Shown here: piece by piece, positions 1-9,124 of the stretch | How positions within the stretch are numbered: the stretch's first letter is position 1 | Layout of the letters: each line of letters begins with the position of its first letter | DNA from: an uncultured Lentisphaeria bacterium | GTDB lineage: Bacteria; Verrucomicrobiota; Lentisphaeria; Victivallales; UBA1829 | Assembly: GCA_905197955.1 (NCBI GenBank) | Contig: CAJKAR010000001.1 | Span: forward strand, 79,764 to 143,763 | DNA: 64,000 bases | Reading direction: 5' to 3' | Position numbers and translations under genes: made by a program | The notes under the pieces: generated by a model | The model's database searches: none | Told to the model about the DNA's origin: nothing | What the model saw: the letters and a program-made list of their open reading frames with translations, nothing else

Positions 1-2
1 TT

Positions 3-1394
3 TCCGGAGATTACTGCGATCCCCCGATCCATTCCGATCTTCAATGGCAGCCATCGCTGCTCAATGATCGTGATGAGACGCTGTTCTGCGCATGGTGCGA
101 CACTGGAAGCGGAGAGACTTTTATTGCCTCCACCACAGATGGGATCCATTGGAAAAACCGTAGAATTCCTCAACCGCCCCTCTTCTCCTCCGCAGAAGGA
201 ATCGTCGCATTCCCGACCAATCATGGACTGGCGGCGCAGGATGGATCACTCTACTTCCCGGTCAGTTTCCGGGTCCCGGACTACGAGTCCACCCGATATG
301 CCGGAGTCCTGATCAGCCGGGACCGGGGAAAAAGCTGGTACTGGAGCAAACCGGTCGAAGCAGTGACCTGGGAAACGCTGGGGATCATGCCGGAGCCTGG
401 ACTCATGGAACGCCCGTCTCTCTGGGAACCAATCGTCTACGAATATGACAAGGACACTCTCGGACTGCTCGTCCGCAACAACACCAACACCCGGAATCAT
501 CCAGCCATTCAACCGGAACATCTGCTTCTGTTCAGCCAAAGTCCGGATGGAGGAGAGAGCTGGACACCATGCCGCCCAGTCGAACTGGAAACCGTTGTCT
601 CGCGCTGTTATGCGGAGAGGACAGCGTCCAGTTTTCTGATGGTCATGAACGACTGGATCCGCGGAATCCCCGGTCATATTCCCCAAGACCGTCTCCATCT
701 TTCACTTTTCTGCGGGACCTCCCGTAATCCGGATCTGCTTCTTCCCGGCCCTGTTGTTCAGCCGCAGGGCGGAAGAGCATTCTATCCAAACGGATTCACC
801 TTCGACGGCAAACTGTATCTGGTCTACACCTATCCGGACTGCATCGGTGCCACGATCGTACACGATCTGCCCGATGGAACACATCCCTATCTTCTTCCCC
901 GCGGCGGACGCGACGGGCTCCGAATCAATTCCGATACCGTTGAACTGCTTCAACCGCAGGCGACCCTCGGACTTGTTCTGCCGGAATCCTTCCTCGAAAA
1001 GGAACTCATTACTCTGGAATTTGCCTTCTCTGCCGAAGTCCGCAGCGAAGCCGATTTTCCGCTTCTCTCGCTTGGAGGCAAAACAAAATGCGGAGCACGC
1101 CTGCTCCTCCGGTTCGATGCGGATTCAAACCGGGATATTCTGATTCTCGCCGACAACAGCGGATCGGAAATCCCGGCGGGTTCTGTTCCCTTCCGCTCTT
1201 CCGTCAGACTCCGACTGAACTTGTTCCGGGATAGAATCGAACTCTTTCATGGAACGCAAACAATCTGTCTCAAAGGTTCCGTTCTGCGGAAGATCGCATT
1301 CGGAGGTCTCTATGAACCACCCGTCTACCCCCTCCTCAGCTGTGCGGTCCGCGATAAAATCCGGATTCCGATCGACAGCATTCATCCGGAATAA
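3..1394 (+). CDS. BNR/Asp-box repeat sialidase-like glycosidase (5' end off window)
   Basis: Frame 3 is open from nt 3, so the listed ORF 363..1394 is only the Met-started tail. Three Asp-box motifs (S-x-D-x-G-x-x-W) read directly: STTDGIHW 129..152, SRDRGKSW 315..338, SPDGGESW 540..563. Confidence 0.7.
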   Translation, partial: SGDYCDPPIHSDLQWQPSLLNDRDETLFCAWCDTGSGETFIASTTDGIHWKNRRIPQPPLFSSAEGIVAFPTNHGLAAQDGSLYFPVSFRVPDYESTRYAGVLISRDRGKSWYWSKPVEAVTWETLGIMPEPGLMERPSLWEPIVYEYDKDTLGLLVRNNTNTRNHPAIQPEHLLLFSQSPDGGESWTPCRPVELETVVSRCYAERTASSFLMVMNDWIRGIPGHIPQDRLHLSLFCGTSRNPDLLLPGPVVQPQGGRAFYPNGFTFDGKLYLVYTYPDCIGATIVHDLPDGTHPYLLPRGGRDGLRINSDTVELLQPQATLGLVLPESFLEKELITLEFAFSAEVRSEADFPLLSLGGKTKCGARLLLRFDADSNRDILILADNSGSEIPAGSVPFRSSVRLRLNLFRDRIELFHGTQTICLKGSVLRKIAFGGLYEPPVYPLLSCAVRDKIRIPIDSIHPE

Positions 1395-1512
1395 GCGGAA
1401 GAGCGACTTCTCCTCCACACCACACAAAGGAGTCAACAAAAAAAGGGGGAGCCTCCAAAAAACGGAGCTCTTCCCTGAAAAGCTGTTTTCTTTCCGCAAT
1501 ACCAATCAGGCA

Positions 1513-4500
1513 TCACTTCTTCGCCCACTCCAGCACCAGCGGAAGCCGGATTTCCGGATCACGGCAGGGAAGAATCCCATCCAACGCCAGAAACGGCGCA
1601 AACATACAGCCGAGATTCATCTCAGGCGGGAATGCTGTGTAACGATAAAAAAGGGTTCCGTCGTCAAAAAGCAGATCATTCCCCTCCAGACGCACCCCGA
1701 GCCAGAACGGAGTCTCAATTCCGCGCATCAGGATTCCCCGTTCCAGCGGAGTCTTCCAGGAGGGAAGACGGGCTCCGAACAATACGGCATTTTTCCGGGC
1801 TGTCCGGTAATCCACCAGCACGGGTATGGATAGATAGTATCTGCCGTTGATTTCGGTGGCTAGCGCGCGCAGACCGGATATATCCTTCTCCTCATACGCG
1901 ATCAACGCCCGCAGAGACTTCCGCAGCGAATTCGTATCATCGGGAAGAGTCTCCAGAAAAGCCTTCCAGTTTTCCAGCGTCCAGGATTCATTCCCGAAGA
2001 TAAAGTGTCTGGGAGGAAGCCGCAGAAACTCTCCGAACTTCTCCACATGCGTATCTGCCGCATAAAGCTTATTCAGTTTCAACTTCTCCAGACTCTTCAG
2101 CGAACGGATCGGATTCTCCGAACAGTTCAGCTCCCGGAGCTGAGAAAGACGGCTCAATGGACGAAGCGACTCAATCCGATTGCCGGAAACCGAAAGAGTT
2201 CGAAGATTCACACACTTCTTCAATGGTTCCAGAGAATCAATCCGGTTGAAATCCAGATAAAGCTGATTCAGCTTCACGAGCGCGGCACAGGCACCTGGAT
2301 CTGAAATCCGGTTGTGAATCAGCATCAGTTTCTGAAGACCCGGAGAAGATTTCAGAGGATCAATCGAAAGAATTCTGTTGAAATTCAAATCCAGAGTTGT
2401 CAGCGGCATTCCGCGCAGAGGGGAGAGATCCTCAATCCTGTTTCCCGATGCGGTGAGGATAGCAAGCTTCTTTTCCCGAAGAGGTTCCAGAGAAATAATC
2501 CGGTTTTCCGCAATGTTCAGTTCCGTCAGCGGCATTCCGCGCAGAGGGTCCAGCGACTCCACCCGGTTGCAGGCAACATTCAGTTTTTTCAGCGGCATTG
2601 TCTTCAATGGCGAAAGATCACGAATGCCGTTGCGGGAAACATCCAGCGATTCCAAAGTCAGATGCCGGAGAAATTCCAGCGATTCCAATCCGCAGTTCAC
2701 CAGAGCCAGACGCTTCAGGGTCGGAGATCTCCATTCCGGAAAAAATTTCACAGGAAGCGAATCCAGACGCAGGGAACGGAGATTCATCTCCTCCAGCGGA
2801 GAAAAATCGGAAACATCGCAGCGGATCAGAGACAATTTCCGAAGGTTCGATTTCCGAAGCGGATCCAGAGTCCGGATGCCGGCATCCGAAAGCACCAGAG
2901 TCGAAAGCGGCATATCCCGCAGAACGGAAAGATCGTCAATCATCTTTCCGGATGCCGTCAGAGCAAACCCCTGCGGCTCTATGCCGATGGAAATCGAGGC
3001 GCCGGGCCAGACCTGCGCCAGACGCGCATTCCATTCGGGAATCCTGCTCTTGTAGTTGGCAAGAAGTCGGGAAAGATGCAGTCCCTGTGCGGCAAGCATT
3101 CGCCGATCCGGGGAGGAGGCGGATTCCTCCGCTTCAATGTAAAGTTCTTTCGCCACATCATAATTCCCCTTGCGGAGCTGACGCGAGGCAATGTCAAGCA
3201 GATCAACTTTGATCGGAGTTCCCAGGGTCATCAGCTTCACGCTGCGCAGCGTCAGAGAGGATTTTGTAAACGACATCACACAAGGAGCGACATCTCCGGA
3301 CACGACCCCCTGTCCGCCAAAATCATGATAATTAATCAGCTCCTGACCGTTGAAACTCATTTTCAAGGTAATTCCCCGGCTCTCCGGCAGAAGGATCATA
3401 TCGAATTTGCAGATCTCGCTCTTTTTCAGATCAATGGAATGCTCCGCCAGAATCTCATGGTTCGATCCCCGCATGACCGCCATATAAGGATCCTCTCCCG
3501 GGATCACAGCAAACAGATAGCCGGACTCGAAATTATCGTTGTTCAGACTCACCATCATGATACTGCCCTGCCTGAACTCCTCCCAGGAAAGCTCCATCAG
3601 AAGACGCATTTCGCTGCCCGCCAGATTCTCGCGGAAAATCATATTCAATCCCCCCGAACCGGAAAAGATCCGGATTCCTCCGGGAATCGTTTTCACATAG
3701 CGTTTCGCCTGATTCATGGAAAGATATGCATCTCTCCCGAAGAAAAATCCCCAGCGGTCATACAGATACGCATCGGAAAAGACATCTTCAAACTTGAGCT
3801 TCCATTCACTGGCGGACTCCTTATGGATCCTCTCCTCCAGTCCGGCGATTGTCCGCTCCGCCGCAATGCGGGCGCGAACCACGGGACCGTATACCAGCTT
3901 CTCCTGCTGGCGGTAGTACAGGTGTGTTCCGAGAAATGCCGCAGAAATCAGAATTGTCAGCACAAGCGAACAGACCACGTAGATCTGCACTTTCTTCCGT
4001 TTCAGCCAGAGCAGCAGATTTGTAAAGAATCCGGCATCTTCCGCCACGGTCGCATATCCGTTCATATAGGATACCACATCGGCCTTCAGATCCGCAACCG
4101 AGGCGTATCGGCGGGAAGGACTGCGCTCCATCGCCTTGTAAATCACAAACTCAAGCGCCTGCGGAATATGACGGTCCCCGGAGGCGAATGTATGCGGCGG
4201 AATAATATTCCCGTCCAGCACGTTCCGGATGATCTCCCGGGCATTTTCCCCCGCAAACGGCTTGTTCAGAGTCAGCATGGAATAGAGAATTGCTCCCAGA
4301 GAGTAGATATCGGTCCGGCGTCCGCGGCGACTGTTCCTCCCGGCTGCCTGTTCCGGAGCCATGTATTCCGGGGTTCCCTTGACGATGCCGTCCATCGTCA
4401 TGCGGGTGGCTTTCAGAAGGGGTATTTCCGGAGTTTCATCGCCATCGGACTGAACTTCGTCGATCTTTCTGGCAAGCCCCCAGTCCAGAACGAGCACCTC

Positions 4501-4977
4501 GCCGTAATCGCCGACCTGAATGTTGTCCGGCTTCAAATCCAGATGAATGATTCCTTTTGAATGAGCAAATGCGATTCCGTCGCAAACCTTGAGAAAAATC
4601 TCCAGCAGGGTGCGGAGCGGATACTTCCGCACATATACGGGATCTTTCTCCTTGAGTTTCTTCAGAATATGCTCCAGCGTGCAGCCATGCACCAGTTTCA
4701 TGGTAAAATAAGGCGCGCCGGTTTTGCTGGTGCCGATTTCATGAACGGGAACAATGTTCGGGTGCTCCAGAGAAGCGGTGATCCGGGCTTCATTCAGGAA
4801 GCGTTCGTAACTCTCTTCCGAGGATTCTTTCGAAATTGCCATGGCGACTTCACGGCAGGCGTTGATATCATCCGACTGGATGACCACTTTCATTCCGCCC
4901 GCCCCCAGAATATTGTGCGCGCGATATTTTTCCGGAGCGGAAAAGAGATTTTTCTGACTGGGTATTTTCTCTGTCAC
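1513..4977 (-). CDS. Membrane receptor Ser/Thr protein kinase with extracytoplasmic leucine-rich repeats and a lectin-like C-terminus
   Basis: 1154-aa ORF. N-terminal Hanks-type kinase motifs are present (HLDLKPDN catalytic loop, DWG, TPEYMAPE). One hydrophobic span (IYVVCSLVLTILISAAFLGTHLYY) is followed by ~14 tandem ~22-aa LRRs (LxxLxLxxNxIxDLSPL) and a C-terminal lectin-like tail. Confidence 0.85.
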   Translation of the reverse strand: MTEKIPSQKNLFSAPEKYRAHNILGAGGMKVVIQSDDINACREVAMAISKESSEESYERFLNEARITASLEHPNIVPVHEIGTSKTGAPYFTMKLVHGCTLEHILKKLKEKDPVYVRKYPLRTLLEIFLKVCDGIAFAHSKGIIHLDLKPDNIQVGDYGEVLVLDWGLARKIDEVQSDGDETPEIPLLKATRMTMDGIVKGTPEYMAPEQAAGRNSRRGRRTDIYSLGAILYSMLTLNKPFAGENAREIIRNVLDGNIIPPHTFASGDRHIPQALEFVIYKAMERSPSRRYASVADLKADVVSYMNGYATVAEDAGFFTNLLLWLKRKKVQIYVVCSLVLTILISAAFLGTHLYYRQQEKLVYGPVVRARIAAERTIAGLEERIHKESASEWKLKFEDVFSDAYLYDRWGFFFGRDAYLSMNQAKRYVKTIPGGIRIFSGSGGLNMIFRENLAGSEMRLLMELSWEEFRQGSIMMVSLNNDNFESGYLFAVIPGEDPYMAVMRGSNHEILAEHSIDLKKSEICKFDMILLPESRGITLKMSFNGQELINYHDFGGQGVVSGDVAPCVMSFTKSSLTLRSVKLMTLGTPIKVDLLDIASRQLRKGNYDVAKELYIEAEESASSPDRRMLAAQGLHLSRLLANYKSRIPEWNARLAQVWPGASISIGIEPQGFALTASGKMIDDLSVLRDMPLSTLVLSDAGIRTLDPLRKSNLRKLSLIRCDVSDFSPLEEMNLRSLRLDSLPVKFFPEWRSPTLKRLALVNCGLESLEFLRHLTLESLDVSRNGIRDLSPLKTMPLKKLNVACNRVESLDPLRGMPLTELNIAENRIISLEPLREKKLAILTASGNRIEDLSPLRGMPLTTLDLNFNRILSIDPLKSSPGLQKLMLIHNRISDPGACAALVKLNQLYLDFNRIDSLEPLKKCVNLRTLSVSGNRIESLRPLSRLSQLRELNCSENPIRSLKSLEKLKLNKLYAADTHVEKFGEFLRLPPRHFIFGNESWTLENWKAFLETLPDDTNSLRKSLRALIAYEEKDISGLRALATEINGRYYLSIPVLVDYRTARKNAVLFGARLPSWKTPLERGILMRGIETPFWLGVRLEGNDLLFDDGTLFYRYTAFPPEMNLGCMFAPFLALDGILPCRDPEIRLPLVLEWAKK
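1950..2910 (-). repeat. Tandem ~66-nt coding repeats (LRR units) inside the kinase gene
   Basis: Periodic LxxLxLxxNRIxDLSPLxxMP units in the translation. Coordinates are approximate. Confidence 0.7.
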
Positions 4978-5153
4978 CGCCTCTGCTCCGCGTCTTTGCC
5001 GATCACTCCGCTCATGATTCTTTCACTCCCGTAAACGACTTGTACAATAGCCGTTTACGCAGGAAGATACAAGCGGGAAATGAAAAATATTTCACCCCAA
5101 GTCTCAGCAGCAGACGTATGCAGAAGAGCGGACGCTCAAATTTTCTTTTCTCT

Positions 5154-6572
5154 TCACTCTGCGGAGCGCGGAATCAGATTCCGTTCAATCACGCTCATTT
5201 TCCGCCATTTTCCCTGACGGAAGCGGAGATAGAACACCGCCGCAACCACAAAGGTATAAAGCACCAGAACGCTCCAGAAAAACGAGACCGGCGCACGCAG
5301 TTTGATCGCAATCAGACTGGGCACAATCCAGACGAGCCAGCCGGTCAGCACGCTGCCCCACATCGCAAAAGCCGTATCGCCCGCCCCCTTGATCGCGGAA
5401 ACATACAGCATCTGAATGCCGTCAAGGAACGTGAATGCGGCTATGAATTTCAGGAAATAGCGGGCCATCTCCATCGTTTCGATCTGTCCGGGATCTCCTT
5501 CGCGATAGAACAGCGCCATTGCCGGATCGGGCCAGAATGCAAAAAACAACGTCATGAGCCCCATGTACCACATCACAAGGAAACGGGCGTTGGCGACTGC
5601 GCGACGGGCCGCTGCGGGGACTCCGGCACCAACCGATTGACCAACCAGAATGGAAACGGTCTGTCCCAGTCCAAGCATTGGAATAAAGGCCATCGCATTC
5701 AGGGAGAACGCGATCGTTGCCGCCTCCTGAATGCGCATGTTTTCCACATCGCTCCCCCCCACATTTCCCAGCAGGACAATGAAAATATTGAACGAGGAAA
5801 TCTCAATGAGAAGCTGAATTCCGTTCGGAGTCCCATACCGGACCAGCCGTTTCCAGAGATCCCATTCGAACTTCGGCGGCCATGTGGCATACCGTCTGCG
5901 GTTTTCCCTGCGGAAGAACAGAAGCAGGAACAAACTCAGGCCGATCAGTCCGGAAAGCAGCGTTCCGTAGGCGGCTCCGCGAATCCCCAGCTCGGGCGAT
6001 CCCCAGTTGCCGTAAATGAACATATAGTTCAACGGAATATTGCTGGAAACCATGATGAAATTGATGATCATGACCGCCAGAGTCTTTCCCCGTCCGCTCC
6101 AGAACGCGCTGAACGCCCCGATGCAGAGCGGAATCCATGCGCCGAGAGCCAGCACCCGGAAATAGATGCACTCCTGCCGATAGACATTTTCCGCATGATT
6201 GAACAGCTTCAGCAGCGAATCGCCCCAGAACCACCCGCTTGCAAGCAGCAGTCCGCCGACCAGAGCAACTCCGGCAGCCTGCCAGATGGACACTCCCACC
6301 CTTTTCTCCGCCCCCGCCCCTGTATACTGCGCCACAAAGGTGTTCGCATATCCGACGATTCCCACAAAAATGCAGGAAATGGAAAAACTGGTCATTCCCG
6401 CTGGCATTGCCGCGCTGACCGCCTCTGCCGAATACCGAGCCAGCATCACTCTGTCGCTGAACAGATTGACCGCATGTCCCGCGGCCGCCATAATCAGAGG
6501 AAATGCCACCTGCAGAACATGCTTCATTCCGCAGTTCTTGACCGAATCCAAACGAGTGCTTTGAGAATCCAT
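5154..6572 (-). CDS. MATE family efflux transporter
   Basis: 472-aa polytopic hydrophobic ORF with a NorM/MATE-like N-terminus and roughly 12 hydrophobic spans. Confidence 0.7.
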   Translation of the reverse strand: MDSQSTRLDSVKNCGMKHVLQVAFPLIMAAAGHAVNLFSDRVMLARYSAEAVSAAMPAGMTSFSISCIFVGIVGYANTFVAQYTGAGAEKRVGVSIWQAAGVALVGGLLLASGWFWGDSLLKLFNHAENVYRQECIYFRVLALGAWIPLCIGAFSAFWSGRGKTLAVMIINFIMVSSNIPLNYMFIYGNWGSPELGIRGAAYGTLLSGLIGLSLFLLLFFRRENRRRYATWPPKFEWDLWKRLVRYGTPNGIQLLIEISSFNIFIVLLGNVGGSDVENMRIQEAATIAFSLNAMAFIPMLGLGQTVSILVGQSVGAGVPAAARRAVANARFLVMWYMGLMTLFFAFWPDPAMALFYREGDPGQIETMEMARYFLKFIAAFTFLDGIQMLYVSAIKGAGDTAFAMWGSVLTGWLVWIVPSLIAIKLRAPVSFFWSVLVLYTFVVAAVFYLRFRQGKWRKMSVIERNLIPRSAE

Positions 6573-6611
6573 AAAAAACCAGATCTGTTTTCTCGTATTT
6601 GCCGAACAGGA

Positions 6612-7085
6612 TCACGAATACCGCGCAACGGAACGGCGCGTATCCATCTCATCCTGCTTTTTCCGCAGAGTTTCCCGTTTGTCGCCGAACGTCTTGCCTT
6701 TCGCAAGTCCAAGCTCCATTTTGACGCGCCGGTTCTTCAAATACAGTTTCAAAGGCACCAGCGCAATCCCCCGCTCCTTGACTTTCTGAGAGATCTTCAG
6801 GATCTCCTTCTTGTGCAGGAGCAGACGCCGCGTTCTCAACGGCATATGATTGAAACGGTTTCCTTCCGTATAGGGCGCTATGTGCATCCCGTAGACGAAC
6901 ACCTGCCCCCGGTCGATTTTTGCAAACGACTCACCCAGAGACACCGCATGGGCACGGCAGCTTTTCACTTCCGTGCCCACCAGTTCCACTCCGGCTTCGA
7001 TCGAATCAATGATTTCGTAATCGTGCCATGCCTTCCGGTTTCTGGCAAGCGGTTCGTCTTCGCTGAATTTCTCTTTTTTTGCCAT
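6612..7085 (-). CDS. smpB: SsrA-binding protein SmpB
   Basis: 157 aa. Hallmark NRKAWHDYEI...EAGVELVGTEVKS motif and a basic C-terminal tail. Confidence 0.95.
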   Translation of the reverse strand: MAKKEKFSEDEPLARNRKAWHDYEIIDSIEAGVELVGTEVKSCRAHAVSLGESFAKIDRGQVFVYGMHIAPYTEGNRFNHMPLRTRRLLLHKKEILKISQKVKERGIALVPLKLYLKNRRVKMELGLAKGKTFGDKRETLRKKQDEMDTRRSVARYS

Positions 7086-7090
7086 TCTGC

Positions 7091-8275
7091 TTACGCCATG
7101 TACTGTTTTGCCTTAGCCTCGAATTCCGCAATCATCGGATGGTTGGCCGAAGTCAGGGAATCGTTGAAATACGTCAGCAGATCCTTCTGCTGCCTGGTCA
7201 GATTGGCGGGAGTTTCCACATGCAGCTTCACCAGCTGATCGCCTTTTCCGCCGCCTTTCAGCGCGGGAAAGCCTTTGCCTTTGATACGCAGTGTCGCGCC
7301 GCTCTGAGTTCCTTCCGGGACTTTCATCCGGACCTTCGTCCCCGCCATTGTCGGAACCGTGACAACTCCGCCGGAAACCGCGGTTGCCAGCGTAATCGGC
7401 AGCTCGCAGATCAGATTGAGCCCGTCCCGCTTGAAAACCGGATGAGCCCGAAGCTGAATAATGACATAAAGATCGCCCTGCGCTCCGCCGTTTGTTCCAG
7501 CTTCGCCCTCATGAGCGATCCGGAGTTTGGAGCCGTTGTCAACGCCAGCCGGAATACGGACCTTCAGTTCCCGTTCCACACGGACACGCCCCTGCCCGCC
7601 GCACGCCTTGCAGGCGGCCTGCGACACCTGACCGCTGCCGCCGCACTGCGGACAAGTCTGCGTCATACCGAACAGACCGGTCTGCACCTGTCCCTGTCCG
7701 CCGCACTGCGGACAAGTCTTTTTCGGCACCGATGGATCCGCTCCGCTTCCACCGCATGCGCCGCAGGGATCAAGCTTTGCGATTTTAAATGTTTTTTCCG
7801 TCCCGGTAAACGCCTCGTCCAGCGAGATTTCAAGCGTGTACTGCAAATTCGCTCCAGGTTGTCCATGCGCTCTTGCGCGCCGGGATCTGCCGCGTCCTCC
7901 GAGCATATCCTCGAAGAAGCTGGCGCCGCCGGCTCCGCCCGCGCCGCCGAACATCTGACTGAACATCTCATACGGATCACGGAAATTCTGAGCTCCGCCC
8001 GCGCCGCCGAATCCACCAGGACCTCCGGCTCCGCCCGCGCCGCCGGCACGGAAGTAATCGGAACCGAACTGATCGTAATCAGCACGTTTTTTCGGATCGC
8101 TGAGCACCTCGTATGCTTCGGAGACTTTCTTGAATTTCTCCTCAGCCGCCTTGTTTCCCGGATTTTTGTCAGGATGATACTTCACGGCAAGCTTACGGTA
8201 TGCCTTCTTGATTTCATCGGCTGTTGCGGACTTGTTCAGTCCAAGTATTTTATAATAATCTTCGTTTCCTGCCAT
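7091..8275 (-). CDS. dnaJ: Molecular chaperone DnaJ
   Basis: J-domain (YYKILGL...[10 protein letters not shown]), Gly/Phe-rich linker and four CxxCxGxG zinc motifs ([32 protein letters not shown]). Confidence 0.97.
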   Translation of the reverse strand: MAGNEDYYKILGLNKSATADEIKKAYRKLAVKYHPDKNPGNKAAEEKFKKVSEAYEVLSDPKKRADYDQFGSDYFRAGGAGGAGGPGGFGGAGGAQNFRDPYEMFSQMFGGAGGAGGASFFEDMLGGRGRSRRARAHGQPGANLQYTLEISLDEAFTGTEKTFKIAKLDPCGACGGSGADPSVPKKTCPQCGGQGQVQTGLFGMTQTCPQCGGSGQVSQAACKACGGQGRVRVERELKVRIPAGVDNGSKLRIAHEGEAGTNGGAQGDLYVIIQLRAHPVFKRDGLNLICELPITLATAVSGGVVTVPTMAGTKVRMKVPEGTQSGATLRIKGKGFPALKGGGKGDQLVKLHVETPANLTRQQKDLLTYFNDSLTSANHPMIAEFEAKAKQYMA

Positions 8276-8304
8276 AGTTTTCCTATCCCCGTTTCTGTTC
8301 CGGA

Positions 8305-9024
8305 TTATTCATCCGCCTTCTGCTGCGGCCCGGAACTGACCACAACCATTGCCGGTTTCAGCAGACGCTTCGGAGTTTTGTAGCCAAGACTCCACTGGCG
8401 GATCACCTTCCCGGCCGGCACCGTATCGGATGCCTCCTGCGAAACGGCCTCATGCAGATTCGGATCGAAATCCTTTCCGACCGCATCAATCTTCTCGACT
8501 CCCAGCTCCGAAAACGCCTTGTCGAATTCATTCTGAATCATCTTCATACCGTCCAGAAGCGACTTCAGATTGTTCGACGCGGAAGATGCCGCAACCGCCA
8601 TCGAAAAGTGATCAAATACCTGAAGAAACGGAGTAATCGTATCCATCATAACGTTCAAACGGAGTGTTTCCATCTCCTTTGCCGTTCTTTTGCGGGTATT
8701 GTCCATTTCAGCAACGGCGCGCAGATATTTATCGTCGGCGTCCTTGAGCTTTGTCTCCAGCTCCTTTATTTTCGCTTCACATTCCGCTTCCGGAAAATTG
8801 GGAGCGGGTTCCGTATTTTTCGCACCGTCCGCAGGCTCCGCCGCCTGTTCACCGTTCTTTTCCCCGGGGGCACGGCGGGGGGGCTGCGCCTTTGCGTTCA
8901 TTTTCTCATCTTTGCCGGATGCCTTCGCTGACTTTTCTTTTTCTGCGGATGCCATTTCCTCACCGTTCTTCTTTTTCAAATTTCCGGCGTCTCCGCCGTT
9001 CTGTGTTTCATTTGCCATATTCAA
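8305..9024 (-). CDS. grpE: Nucleotide exchange factor GrpE
   Basis: 239 aa with an acidic/Lys-rich N-terminal extension, a coiled-coil region ([29 protein letters not shown]) and a GrpE-like C-terminus. It lies between clpB and dnaJ. Confidence 0.85.
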   Translation of the reverse strand: MNMANETQNGGDAGNLKKKNGEEMASAEKEKSAKASGKDEKMNAKAQPPRRAPGEKNGEQAAEPADGAKNTEPAPNFPEAECEAKIKELETKLKDADDKYLRAVAEMDNTRKRTAKEMETLRLNVMMDTITPFLQVFDHFSMAVAASSASNNLKSLLDGMKMIQNEFDKAFSELGVEKIDAVGKDFDPNLHEAVSQEASDTVPAGKVIRQWSLGYKTPKRLLKPAMVVVSSGPQQKADE

Positions 9025-9077
9025 CCTCTAATTTAGCGTTTCAAACCGATTTTTCAATCGGTCAAGGGGGAAAATCC

Positions 9078-9111
9078 TCTTTGCGGGAGCTGTTTCCCTC
9101 TCCCGCAAAGA
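9078..9111 (-). terminator. Hairpin between clpB and grpE (terminator or attenuator)
   Basis: A 12-bp stem (9078..9089 pairs with 9100..9111) lies 14 nt downstream of the clpB stop. Confidence 0.5.
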
Positions 9112-9124
9112 AAAGGCCGAGCCA

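Noticed and set aside
1513-1900. The lectin-like C-terminus of the kinase as a possible diversity-generating retroelement variable region.
   Set aside because: The window contains no reverse transcriptase, no template-repeat copy of the 3' end, and no adenine-specific mismatch pattern.
2314-4560. Very long ORFs antisense to real genes. Examples: 2314..4560, 5040..7238, 9416..11812, 19043..21892, 26055..28085, 57001..58113, 58120..59766, 59830..62355 and 62541..63803.
   Set aside because: Each lies opposite a gene with clear family motifs (kinase, MATE/smpB, clpB, CAZymes, guaA, DUF1846). Their translations are Arg/Ser/Pro/His-rich and low-complexity, with no recognisable motifs. This is typical stop-codon depletion on the antisense strand of GC-biased coding sequence.
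4978-7090. A tmRNA (ssrA) gene expected near smpB.
   Set aside because: Both flanks of smpB are occupied by coding sequence (dnaJ 5 nt upstream, MATE 39 nt downstream). I found no tRNA-like acceptor/T-arm (GGTTCGAATCC...CCA) in nearby gaps.
7931-8046. Three copies of CTCCGCCCGCGCCGCC(G) spaced 60 and 36 nt apart, superficially repeat-spacer-like.
   Set aside because: They fall inside dnaJ and encode the Gly-rich G/F linker (GGAGGAGG...). The spacing is irregular, there are only three copies, and no cas genes are present.
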